IMG/VR virus record: IMGVR_UViG_3300021963_000023
Span: 62,001 to 126,000 of that record
Length of the DNA stretch: 64,000 nt
Reading direction: 5' to 3' (one strand)
Below, piece by piece: positions 1 through 8,271 of the stretch; the first letter of the stretch is position 1; each line of letters starts with the position of its first letter. The position numbers and the translations under genes were made by a program. The notes beneath the pieces were generated by a model. It searched no databases, was not told the origin of the DNA, and saw only the letters and a program-made list of their open reading frames with translations.

Positions 1-196
1 CTTTACTCAATAATAAGCTAGCATTAACAACAAATTTAATTTCTTTTTTTCTTGTTGTTATTAAATGTTTAAACGAATCAACAACACCACCATAAATTAA
101 TGGTTTGTTTTTATCTAAAAAATCTTCAAAAGAGTTATATTTTCCAGTTACGTGAACATCAAGTGTTTCTGGTTCGTTGGTGTTAGTTGTTCTCAT
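1..196 (-). CDS. hypothetical protein, partial (runs off window start)
   Basis: ATG at 196, read by hand as MRTTNTNEPETLDVHVTGKY..., open to position 1; overlaps the ligase stop. Confidence 0.65.
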   Translation of the reverse strand, partial: MRTTNTNEPETLDVHVTGKYNSFEDFLDKNKPLIYGGVVDSFKHLITTRKKEIKFVVNASLLLSK

Positions 197-1376
197 TTTT
201 AAATGGTTTTGAGTATGTTGGGTATAATAATTTCCAAATAGTTTGTTTAGGGTTTATCGAATCTAACATGTTAAATAAAATATTAGAGTGCCTATATTGT
301 TTTGCTCTTAAAGCAAAGTCTTTTCTACTTAAATTTCGACCATTTAAATTTTCAAATATTTCTCTATAATCTTTTTCTATGTTTTCAAATCTTACTGTTA
401 AATCACGGGCGGTTTCTTTTACCCAATTATTAAATTCATCCGGCACCTTTTCAAGTAATTCATCGAATGGTTTATTGTCTTTTAGGTATTCCCAAATATC
501 TCTATTCGAGATGTTTGTTAGGATTCTGTGTAGGCGAATGTATTCGTCACCTTTTATTTTCATTCGAAAGCCATTCTTAAATCTGATTACATACCCTTCT
601 TTATCGTTACTAATCTCTTCTTTAAGTAAATCATATCCTTCTCCCCATGTTTTATATAGGGTAACAACATTAATGTTTAAATTTTTTATTAGATTTTTTA
701 ATCTAATATCTTCATTATTATCGTTGTGTATATTAACCTCATCACCAGTTTTGGTGTGGATCATACCAAGTAAAATTAAATCTTCAAAATCATAGTTACA
801 AACTATTCTGTTTTCTGGGTAAATAATTTCAAACAAATATGTGTAATCTTTTGCCAATCGATTGTAGTCATATTTCTCTAATAATTCTCGACCTTTAATT
901 GCTTGTGGCGAAGTAAATGAACCACGTGTTGCTAATATCCATTCACCCTTTGTTTTTGGTGTTGGGTCATAATAAGTGTTATCAAAATCAGGTAAATTGT
1001 TTGGATCAAAGAATCTTTCCATACCCGTTTCATAATTGTTATTAAACCATATGTTATATCTTCTTTCATCAGTTAATTCTTCTTCATAATAAAAAAGAAT
1101 ACCTAATGAACCATCCATTTTTTCATATACCTCAAAATTTTCATTTGGTAAATCCTCAGGTTTATGTTCCTCATAATTGAAGAATTTCTTGAATGGTCTT
1201 GCAACAATTTCACCTTTAGTGTTTGTAACTAGCCCACGACATTGTATGGTAATATCATCCCATAGTCTCTCATATTGAACTCTTGGAGAATAATTCCAAA
1301 TAGTTAAATCAAGAGTCGGGTGAGTTTGTTTATGCAACAAACCATCTTTGTAATATTTTTCTAATGTTGCTAACAC
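183..1376 (-). CDS. RNA ligase, T4 Rnl1/RnlA-like
   Basis: Motif I EKMDGS, CRGL and RPFKKFFN N-terminal motifs, ATRGSF, FEII, EGYVI, KIK. In-frame GTG at 1376 preferred over the track start at 1430. Confidence 0.88.
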   Translation of the reverse strand: MLATLEKYYKDGLLHKQTHPTLDLTIWNYSPRVQYERLWDDITIQCRGLVTNTKGEIVARPFKKFFNYEEHKPEDLPNENFEVYEKMDGSLGILFYYEEELTDERRYNIWFNNNYETGMERFFDPNNLPDFDNTYYDPTPKTKGEWILATRGSFTSPQAIKGRELLEKYDYNRLAKDYTYLFEIIYPENRIVCNYDFEDLILLGMIHTKTGDEVNIHNDNNEDIRLKNLIKNLNINVVTLYKTWGEGYDLLKEEISNDKEGYVIRFKNGFRMKIKGDEYIRLHRILTNISNRDIWEYLKDNKPFDELLEKVPDEFNNWVKETARDLTVRFENIEKDYREIFENLNGRNLSRKDFALRAKQYRHSNILFNMLDSINPKQTIWKLLYPTYSKPFKNENN

Positions 1377-1443
1377 AGTTCTTGAAAGGATTTTTTGATG
1401 GAGGATAAAGAGTCTTGGTAAACGATTCAATAAACTTACTCAT

Positions 1444-1866
1444 TTACAATTTGATTTGAAACCTATTTTTCATTTGTTTGAGTTTGTCTTCCGGAACGTT
1501 GTGTATGTTTTTACTATCGTGCCTGTTTTCAACAATTAAAGTGTGAATTCGATATTTGTATCTTTCTGCCATTTCAAAATACGGTTCCATTTCCCACTCT
1601 TCAGTAAAAGTATTGGCAATAACAATTTTTGAAAATTCTAATTTCATTCTATCTGCACATATTTGTTGACAATTAATATGTGCCTCTTTAATTTTACTAG
1701 CATCAAAGTGGTAAACACCCTTATCATCAGTAAAATAATTGTCTGCAGAAATAATATCTGGTTTAGTCCCCTGATTTGAATGAAGTATTACTTCTGCCAA
1801 TGTCGTTTTACCGGCGCCTGGCAGTCCTCTTAGTAATATTACATCACCGACCCATTCTTTTTCCAT
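1444..1866 (-). CDS. P-loop polynucleotide kinase-like protein (AAA_33), kinase domain only
   Basis: Walker A RGLPGAGKTT, SADNYF, H..C, NT motif, HNVP; adjacent to RNA ligase. Confidence 0.8.
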   Translation of the reverse strand: MEKEWVGDVILLRGLPGAGKTTLAEVILHSNQGTKPDIISADNYFTDDKGVYHFDASKIKEAHINCQQICADRMKLEFSKIVIANTFTEEWEMEPYFEMAERYKYRIHTLIVENRHDSKNIHNVPEDKLKQMKNRFQIKL

Positions 1867-1867
1867 G

Positions 1868-2020
1868 CTACTTATCTTTATTAATAATTACTTCCAATTT
1901 CTTAATTCTAACGTCTAAAGACTTCATTTCGTCTCTATAATGGTTTACAATTGAGAGGACCATTAATAACATTAAAATGGTAACCACAAATAAAATAAAG
2001 GTATTAATTGTCTTGTTCAT
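1868..2020 (-). CDS. small membrane protein (50 aa), not in ORF track
   Basis: MNKTINTFILFVVTILMLLMVLSIVNHYRDEMKSLDVRIKKLEVIINKDK; one hydrophobic helix followed by a short coiled coil; fills the gap between neighbours. Confidence 0.65.
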   Translation of the reverse strand: MNKTINTFILFVVTILMLLMVLSIVNHYRDEMKSLDVRIKKLEVIINKDK

Positions 2021-2068
2021 ATCAATTATTATTAACTAAAGATAGATAAAAAAAACGGAAAAAAAAAA

Positions 2069-2407
2069 TTACTTAGTTTCCCAATAACTTTTTCTAATTT
2101 TTCCACCAAGTTCTGAGTCATTTGGTGTGTTTAAAATTGTAGAAACGGGCACCAGTATTTGTTCCCTATTTGTACCAAGATTATAACATTTTTCACATAA
2201 TTGGCCACATCCTTCAATATATCCATATCTCATGTCAATATGCTCATAAAATTTATAAGGGGTTTCTTCGCCACATAAAACGCACGTTTCAATTTTATCG
2301 GCTTTTTCTGTTTGTAAAACACAAGATAAATGATCGGTACCAACTAGATAATCATAATCAATATTAGAGGTGTCTTTATTACAAATGCTGCATACATATT
2401 TTTCCAT
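2069..2407 (-). CDS. hypothetical protein with two zinc-finger-like motifs
   Basis: CSIC...HLSC and CVLC...CEKC. Confidence 0.65.
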   Translation of the reverse strand: MEKYVCSICNKDTSNIDYDYLVGTDHLSCVLQTEKADKIETCVLCGEETPYKFYEHIDMRYGYIEGCGQLCEKCYNLGTNREQILVPVSTILNTPNDSELGGKIRKSYWETK

Positions 2408-2472
2408 ATTAGTAGTTTATAAACTAAAAATAAGTAAAAAATATAAATTAAGGAATATTTTATTGTACTTTT

Positions 2473-2503
2473 AAAAGAAAAGGGCCGAATTAACGGCCCC
2501 TTT
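2473..2503 (-). terminator. intrinsic terminator after lipoprotein gene
   Basis: GGGCCG/CGGCCC stem followed by a T-run on the minus strand. Confidence 0.75.
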
Positions 2504-2504
2504 G

Positions 2505-2687
2505 CTATTTTACCTCTGTAGAACTTGTAGTGTCTACCGCTGCTTTCGTAGAATCAACTGCAATTACAGCAGATGTGTCAGCTTGAGTACCGGTTGAATC
2601 TGTTGCTTCATTTGTGGTAGATCTTGAACCACATGCTGTTAGTGTAAGTACTACACCAATCGCAAAAATAATTGTATATTTCTTCAT
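2505..2687 (-). CDS. small lipoprotein
   Basis: MKK + hydrophobic stretch + lipobox LTAC; mature part is S/T/D/A-rich. Confidence 0.8.
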   Translation of the reverse strand: MKKYTIIFAIGVVLTLTACGSRSTTNEATDSTGTQADTSAVIAVDSTKAAVDTTSSTEVK

Positions 2688-2716
2688 ATAGGTTAAATAT
2701 AAGGAAAAAAAATGAT

Positions 2717-2746
2717 AAAAAAAACCCCAACGAGAAGTTGGGGTTT
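2717..2746 (-). terminator. intrinsic terminator
   Basis: AAACCCCAAC/GTTGGGGTTT stem with an 8-T tail on the minus strand. Confidence 0.8.
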
Positions 2747-2820
2747 AAGGTCTTTCGGCGGGTTCAACTCCGCTTACTTTTTGGAAAAAAACGAAAGGTA
2801 ATCGACAAAGAGAACCTATA
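2717..2820 (-). ncRNA. candidate structured small RNA
   Basis: GC-richer intergenic island between a TATTTATA motif (2832-2825) and a terminator, with several complementary segments. Confidence 0.35.
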
Positions 2821-2871
2821 GACATATAAATATATGTGATTTTGGTAAAAAGCCACATATTTAGTTAAAAA

Positions 2872-4890
2872 TTATATAATCTTCGTTTTTATCAATAATT
2901 TTTCTTTAAATGTAATTTTTAGGGGTGTGTTTTCTTTAATATTACCCTTTAAAATTTCATCACTAAGAAAATCTTCACAAAGAGATTGAATAATTCTTTT
3001 GATTGGTCTGGCTCCATACTGCTCATCTTTGTTTCTTTTAGCAATTTCACTCATAACACTAGCATCGAAGGTAATAAAATATTTTTTCTCATTTAAACGA
3101 TCTGTTAAACGATCCATTTCAAGTTTTATAATCTTCTTAATTGCTTCTTCACCTAATGGATTAAATAAAACTATATCATCGATTCTATTCAAGAACTCAG
3201 GATTGAATTGTTGCTTAAGCGATTTCTGAATAATTGTTTTTTTAACTTCATATTGTTGATTCTCACTACTACTAGTATTAAACCCAACACCACCACCAAA
3301 TTCTGATACTTTTTTAGCACCAATATTTGATGTCATAATAATCAATGTATTTGTGAAGTTTACTTTCCTACCAAATGCGTCGGTTAAATGACCTTCGTCT
3401 AGTATTTGTAACAATAAATTAAACACATCCTTGTGCGCCTTTTCTATCTCATCAAATAAAATCACAGAAAACGGATTATTCTTAATTTTTTCTGTTAATT
3501 GACCACCCTCTTCATAACCAACATAACCTGGAGGTGACCCAATCAATCTAGATACCGTATGCTTTTCCATGTACTCACTCATATCAACACGAATAACATT
3601 ATCTTCTGATCCAAAAATCAATTTAGATAATGTTTTTGCTAGATATGTTTTACCAACACCGGTAGAACCAAGAAATATAAAAGAACCAATTGGTTTTTTG
3701 CTATCTTTAATTCCAACCCTATTTCTTCTAATTGATTTAGATATTGTAGTAATCGCTTCGTCTTGGCCAATAACCCTTTCTGATAATTTAACTTCTAAAT
3801 TTATTAAATTAGAAACCTCATTACTATCCATTTTAGAAATTGGGATACCAACCATACTCGATACCATATCATAAACATCATCAACACTAACTGGTATTAA
3901 CGAATCGTTTTGTTTAGCTAACCATTTAGCCTTTTCATCATCTAATTTTTTGATGACCTTTTTTTCTTCGTCTCTTAGTTTTGCGGCTTCTTCATAAACT
4001 TGTTTTTTAACAACTTCATGTTTCTTTTCTTTAATTGTTTCAATTTCTTTTTTTAATTTCTCAATTATTTCAGGGACCTTTGTTACAACACGCTTTTCTG
4101 AACCTAATTCATCTAAAACATCAATAGCTTTATCTGGAAATTGTTTATCTGTCATAAATCTTCCTGATAATCTTACTATTGTTTCAACAACCTCATCACC
4201 ATATGATACTTTATGAAATCCCTCATATGATTTTTTTAAATTTTTTAAAATCTCAACCGTTTCGTCTTCAGTTGGTTCTTTTAAAATAATTTTTTGAAAT
4301 CTTCTTACTAGGGCACCGTCTTTTTCAATATGTTTTTTGAATTCATCAAATGTTGTTGCACCAATACATTGCATTTCACCTCTTGCTAATGCAGGTTTTA
4401 AAATATTAGCCGCATCCATTGAACCAGAAGCATTTCCAGCGCCAACCATCGTATGTATTTCATCAATAAAAACAATAACATCGGGATTTTCCTGTAATTC
4501 ATGTAAAATGGCTTTAATTCTCTCTTCAAATTGACCTCGATATTTTGTACCTGCGACTAACGAAGTTAAGTCAAGTGATACTAATCTTTTATCAATTAGA
4601 TTAGATGGGCAATCTCCCTTAGATATCATTAATGCCAGTTTTTCAACTAATGCAGATTTACCAACACCAGCTTCACCAACAATAATCACATTATTTTTTT
4701 TCTTTCTTGAAAGGATTTGCGCAATTCTTTTAACTTCTTTATCCCTACCAATAACTGGATCAATTTTATCTTCTTCTGCTAACTTAATTAAGTCTCTAGA
4801 AAAATTGTCTAATATTGGTGTGTTTGAATTAACTCTTTTGTTTTTAGGGTTAGTTCTGGGGTTTTCTTCATAACCAAATTCTACTGCCAT
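2872..4890 (-). CDS. clpC: ClpC-like AAA+ chaperone/protease ATPase lacking the N-terminal domain
   Basis: Two AAA modules (GEAGVGKS, GSTGVGKT), GTKYRGQFE and PPGYVGY pore loops, UVR-like M domain, VGF ClpP-docking loop. Confidence 0.9.
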   Translation of the reverse strand: MAVEFGYEENPRTNPKNKRVNSNTPILDNFSRDLIKLAEEDKIDPVIGRDKEVKRIAQILSRKKKNNVIIVGEAGVGKSALVEKLALMISKGDCPSNLIDKRLVSLDLTSLVAGTKYRGQFEERIKAILHELQENPDVIVFIDEIHTMVGAGNASGSMDAANILKPALARGEMQCIGATTFDEFKKHIEKDGALVRRFQKIILKEPTEDETVEILKNLKKSYEGFHKVSYGDEVVETIVRLSGRFMTDKQFPDKAIDVLDELGSEKRVVTKVPEIIEKLKKEIETIKEKKHEVVKKQVYEEAAKLRDEEKKVIKKLDDEKAKWLAKQNDSLIPVSVDDVYDMVSSMVGIPISKMDSNEVSNLINLEVKLSERVIGQDEAITTISKSIRRNRVGIKDSKKPIGSFIFLGSTGVGKTYLAKTLSKLIFGSEDNVIRVDMSEYMEKHTVSRLIGSPPGYVGYEEGGQLTEKIKNNPFSVILFDEIEKAHKDVFNLLLQILDEGHLTDAFGRKVNFTNTLIIMTSNIGAKKVSEFGGGVGFNTSSSENQQYEVKKTIIQKSLKQQFNPEFLNRIDDIVLFNPLGEEAIKKIIKLEMDRLTDRLNEKKYFITFDASVMSEIAKRNKDEQYGARPIKRIIQSLCEDFLSDEILKGNIKENTPLKITFKEKLLIKTKII

Positions 4891-4912
4891 ATACTATCTT
4901 TTAAGTTTAACA

Positions 4913-4920
4913 CAAACATA
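4913..4920 (-). promoter_or_regulatory. Bacteroidetes-type -7 promoter element for clpC
   Basis: TATGTTTG matches TAnnTTTG, 22 nt before the start codon. Confidence 0.55.
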
Positions 4921-4953
4921 CGTAAAAAAAGTTAAAAAACAAAGATATGCTTC

Positions 4954-5024
4954 AGACAAGATGGCATTGTGTTTAAAGCATTCTTGACATTATGTCATAA
5001 AAAATTAAATGGAATAAAAATTGT
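4954..5024 (+). promoter_or_regulatory. tandem TGACA-N3-TGTCA-type sites plus sigma54-like element before hsp20
   Basis: AGACAagaTGGCA at 4954, TGACAttaTGTCA at 4985, TGGaataaaaaTTGt at 5010. Confidence 0.45.
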
Positions 5025-5053
5025 TTAATACTCAACAAATAAAATAAAACTAT

Positions 5054-5422
5054 ATGATTACATTATTTAAAGATCCATTCTTCGATGCGTTTGATAAAGT
5101 ATTAGATGCATCTCGCTACAATGTTAGCCCACAAACTAATATTCACAAAACAGAAAGTGAATATAAAATCTCAATGTCAATACCTGGTTTAACCAAGGAT
5201 GACTTAAAGATTACCATAAAAGATGGTGTTTTAAGAATCTCTTTTGAAAAGGATGAGAAAAACGAAAGAACACATTTCATTGGTAATTTTATAAAATCTT
5301 ATACAATACCTGATGATGTTAAAGAAAAAGATGTTATGGGTAATGTTGAGAATGGTGTATTGACATTGACACTACCAATCGATAAAAAGAAATCGATTGA
5401 GAGGCTCATTTCTCTTAATTAA
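5054..5422 (+). CDS. small heat-shock protein Hsp20 (alpha-crystallin domain)
   Basis: PGLTKDDLKI, F.KSY.IPDDV, ENGVLTLTLP. Confidence 0.92.
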   Translation: MITLFKDPFFDAFDKVLDASRYNVSPQTNIHKTESEYKISMSIPGLTKDDLKITIKDGVLRISFEKDEKNERTHFIGNFIKSYTIPDDVKEKDVMGNVENGVLTLTLPIDKKKSIERLISLN

Positions 5423-5427
5423 ACGTG

Positions 5428-5453
5428 ACCCCGATAATATCGGGGTTTTCTTT
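5428..5453 (+). terminator. intrinsic terminator after hsp20
   Basis: ACCCCGAT/ATCGGGGT stem followed by Ts. Confidence 0.8.
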
Positions 5454-5476
5454 ACTATTTATAATAAATAGAAATC

Positions 5477-5662
5477 ATGAATAAATTAGAAATGAAACGT
5501 AAGCACATTGAAGAAGCTAACATTTTACTGGACAAAAGGTCTAAAGAAGTTAACAATAAGGTGACTGCAGTTAGAGACACAACAAAAAAAGACCAGTTAA
5601 AAGACAAATTAATGAGTCAATTGAAAACCGGTAGTGGAAATTCCTTTGGTTTGGTGAAATAA
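5477..5662 (+). CDS. hypothetical small protein (monocistronic, probably late)
   Basis: 61 aa ORF with its own TATTTATA motif and terminator. Confidence 0.65.
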   Translation: MNKLEMKRKHIEEANILLDKRSKEVNNKVTAVRDTTKKDQLKDKLMSQLKTGSGNSFGLVK

Positions 5663-5665
5663 ATT

Positions 5666-5691
5666 AAAACCCTCAATATTGAGGGTTTTTT
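5666..5691 (+). terminator. intrinsic terminator
   Basis: AAAACCCTCA/TGAGGGTTTT stem followed by Ts. Confidence 0.78.
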
Positions 5692-5733
5692 ATTTGGTAT
5701 TTATTAGTTATATTATATTATAACAATAACACT

Positions 5734-5979
5734 ATGGCTATACTATCAGAAAGGATCGAAGGTAAAAATATATTCGTCGATATTAAATCAACTAATATTA
5801 AATCAGCATCATATAATACAGAAAGTAAAATATTGACAGTTGTATTCAATAATGGGACTATTTATGAATATTCAGATGTGTCTTGGGAATTGTTCACCAA
5901 ATTTAGAATGGGTGATTCACAGGGAGCATTTTTAAACGCTAAAATAAAGAATACACACGCGTACAAAAAGGTAAGTTAA
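5734..5979 (+). CDS. KTSC domain protein
   Basis: STNIKSASYN...LTVVFNNGTIYEY.DV...F....SQGAFLN..IK..Y matches the KTSC pattern. Confidence 0.85.
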   Translation: MAILSERIEGKNIFVDIKSTNIKSASYNTESKILTVVFNNGTIYEYSDVSWELFTKFRMGDSQGAFLNAKIKNTHAYKKVS

Positions 5980-6767
5980 TGAAAAATCTAGTAGACGAAC
6001 TTTTAGAATTATCAGATCCAGAAACAGACAGTAAGATTATTAAGTCATTTCAACTTAAAGATACTTTATGTCCAACCATTTTTGATAAGTCAGAAACTGG
6101 TGAATATGTGATAAGTAAAGAGGTTTCGGATAAGTTACTTGAAATAACAGATTCTTTTATTGACTTTTTGGGTGTTAGCTTTTTTATACATGATGTTATC
6201 TTAACGGGCTCATTAGCTAACTATAATTGGTCAGAATACTCAGATGTTGATTTACATATACTAATAGATATGGATGAGATTAATGATGGTAATACGAATT
6301 CGGTTGCTATGCATGACATCGTTAAAGAGTTTTTTGATGCTAAGAAGAACGTGTGGAATGAAAAACATGACATTAAGATAAAAGGATTTGATGTTGAGAT
6401 ATATGTTCAAGACGTTGACGAGGAGCATGTTTCATCTGGTGTTTATTCGGTTTTAAACAACGAATGGGTTGTTGAACCATCACTAAAAAAGGAGAGCATA
6501 GACGCTAATAAGATATTAGAAAAGGGTGAGTTTTTTGCAAAAAGAATTGATCAACTGATTGATTATCACCAGGATGGAAAAGATGTCGATAAGATGGCTA
6601 TAGACCTTAGAGACAAGTTTAAAAAATTTAGAAAAAGTGGATTAGAGACTGGTGGGGAATACTCATATGAGAACTTAACTTTCAAACTATTAAGAAGAAA
6701 TGGGTATATCGAGAAGTTAATGGATCTTAGAAATAGTATTTCAAACAAAAAATTATCCCTATCATAA
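5979..6767 (+). CDS. DNA polymerase beta-superfamily nucleotidyltransferase
   Basis: LTGSLANYNWSEYSDVDLHI (GS...DxD) with a third acidic residue in DVEIYVQD; coupled to KTSC by TAATG. Confidence 0.8.
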   Translation: MKNLVDELLELSDPETDSKIIKSFQLKDTLCPTIFDKSETGEYVISKEVSDKLLEITDSFIDFLGVSFFIHDVILTGSLANYNWSEYSDVDLHILIDMDEINDGNTNSVAMHDIVKEFFDAKKNVWNEKHDIKIKGFDVEIYVQDVDEEHVSSGVYSVLNNEWVVEPSLKKESIDANKILEKGEFFAKRIDQLIDYHQDGKDVDKMAIDLRDKFKKFRKSGLETGGEYSYENLTFKLLRRNGYIEKLMDLRNSISNKKLSLS

Positions 6768-6840
6768 TTGTTATCAGTATTTTTTTCCTTTTCCTCTGTA
6801 TTTATAGGATAAGAATAAGCTTATTTTTAATTTAAAAACA

Positions 6841-7869
6841 ATGGGAGATATTAAACCTATCGGTAGTGAGAAATTACAAGGGGATGAGAAATTCAAAAGA
6901 ATCCTCGAATTAACATACTACAATCAAAAATCGTCAAACCAAAAAACATCCAAAGCTGAATTAGTTAAGGAGGGTAAAAATGGTGTTTATGGAATCGTAA
7001 GAGAGAAAGACGGTTACTATGTAAAAAAAGGATTGAACGAATCATCACTAGATTATATTGGTGGTATGTTCATGAAAAATAAAAACAAATTTAGTTCATA
7101 TAGTGAAGCCCTTAAGAGATTAGAACTCATTAAAGGTCAAGAATCTATGAATGAAGATATTACCAAGTATGTCCTAAAGACAAACAAACCAACACAAGAA
7201 ATGCCAAGCCCAGAGCCTGCTGTTGATAGTGCACCAGCACCGTCAATGCCACCATCTGATAGCGAAGCACCTGTTGATTCAATGGACGCGCCTATGCCGG
7301 ATTCTGAAGTTGAACCAGAGGCTATGAGCCCAGAAGAAAGTAAGCGTTCTGATTATATGGCTGAGATTCAAAAGTTTTCAGGTAAATTAGGTCAAGAACT
7401 TAGAGATCAACAACCTAAAATGGAAAGTGATGATATCAAATATGTTTTAAATATGATCATTTCAGCTGTTGATTTAGATAAGCTAGAAGAAGATGATATT
7501 GAGGAGATTTCTAAAAAGTTTGAAAGAGATGAAGAAGAGGGAATGGATTCCGAGGAAATGCCGGCTGATGATGAAGGTCCAGAAGCGGAACCAGAATCTG
7601 ATGAGGTAGTACCTGCACCTGAAGATGATTTAGCTGAAAGAATGTCTAAATTAGAGGAACTTATCAATACCAAGTTTGGTGAAGATGAGAGTCAAGAAGT
7701 TGCTTTAGATGAAATATATTTTGATTTTGAAGATGGCGAAGATGAGGAAACTTATGATAGTCATTTAACAAAAGATGATGAAGAAGAAAATGCAAAATTA
7801 GATATTACACACGAATTATCAGATATCAATGAAGCAATTAATACTACACTAAGTAAATATTTTGAGTAA
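6841..7869 (+). CDS. hypothetical acidic protein, probably head-associated
   Basis: 342 aa ORF, D/E/P-rich linkers, upstream TATTTATA, operon leading to terminase. Confidence 0.6.
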   Translation: MGDIKPIGSEKLQGDEKFKRILELTYYNQKSSNQKTSKAELVKEGKNGVYGIVREKDGYYVKKGLNESSLDYIGGMFMKNKNKFSSYSEALKRLELIKGQESMNEDITKYVLKTNKPTQEMPSPEPAVDSAPAPSMPPSDSEAPVDSMDAPMPDSEVEPEAMSPEESKRSDYMAEIQKFSGKLGQELRDQQPKMESDDIKYVLNMIISAVDLDKLEEDDIEEISKKFERDEEEGMDSEEMPADDEGPEAEPESDEVVPAPEDDLAERMSKLEELINTKFGEDESQEVALDEIYFDFEDGEDEETYDSHLTKDDEEENAKLDITHELSDINEAINTTLSKYFE

Positions 7870-8271
7870 ATGTACCTTCTATATATTAACGAGTTAGGTC
7901 AAGACTATAAAGGCCAAAGACAATATGAATTTATCTTTGGTAATGATCCAGATACGTTAGTTGAAGAATGGTTTATAATTCCATCTGCCGGTAGGGCGAT
8001 ACCACCAGAAGTAGAATCAATTGATTTAGTTGGTTTACTTAAGAATTCTGATTTAAAACTTGAATTAGTACAGAATTCTGATTATTTTGGTGTTATCGAT
8101 GCGGTTGATGGAATTGTTGCATTAGGGTGGGAAGCTTTCGATATTGAAGCAGAAGAAAGACCAATAAGGATTTCATTTCATTTTGCTGAAGAATTAGAAA
8201 GTATAACACAGAAATTAGCAACTAAGGGTCTTAGATTAATTAATGAAGAAATTAAATATAAATTAAAATGA
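7870..8271 (+). CDS. hypothetical protein
   Basis: 133 aa ORF abutting both neighbours. Confidence 0.7.
   Translation: MYLLYINELGQDYKGQRQYEFIFGNDPDTLVEEWFIIPSAGRAIPPEVESIDLVGLLKNSDLKLELVQNSDYFGVIDAVDGIVALGWEAFDIEAEERPIRISFHFAEELESITQKLATKGLRLINEEIKYKLK

Noticed and set aside
2757-2773. GGTTCAACTCC resembling a tRNA T-loop on the + strand
   Set aside because: No acceptor stem, D arm or anticodon arm can be built around it
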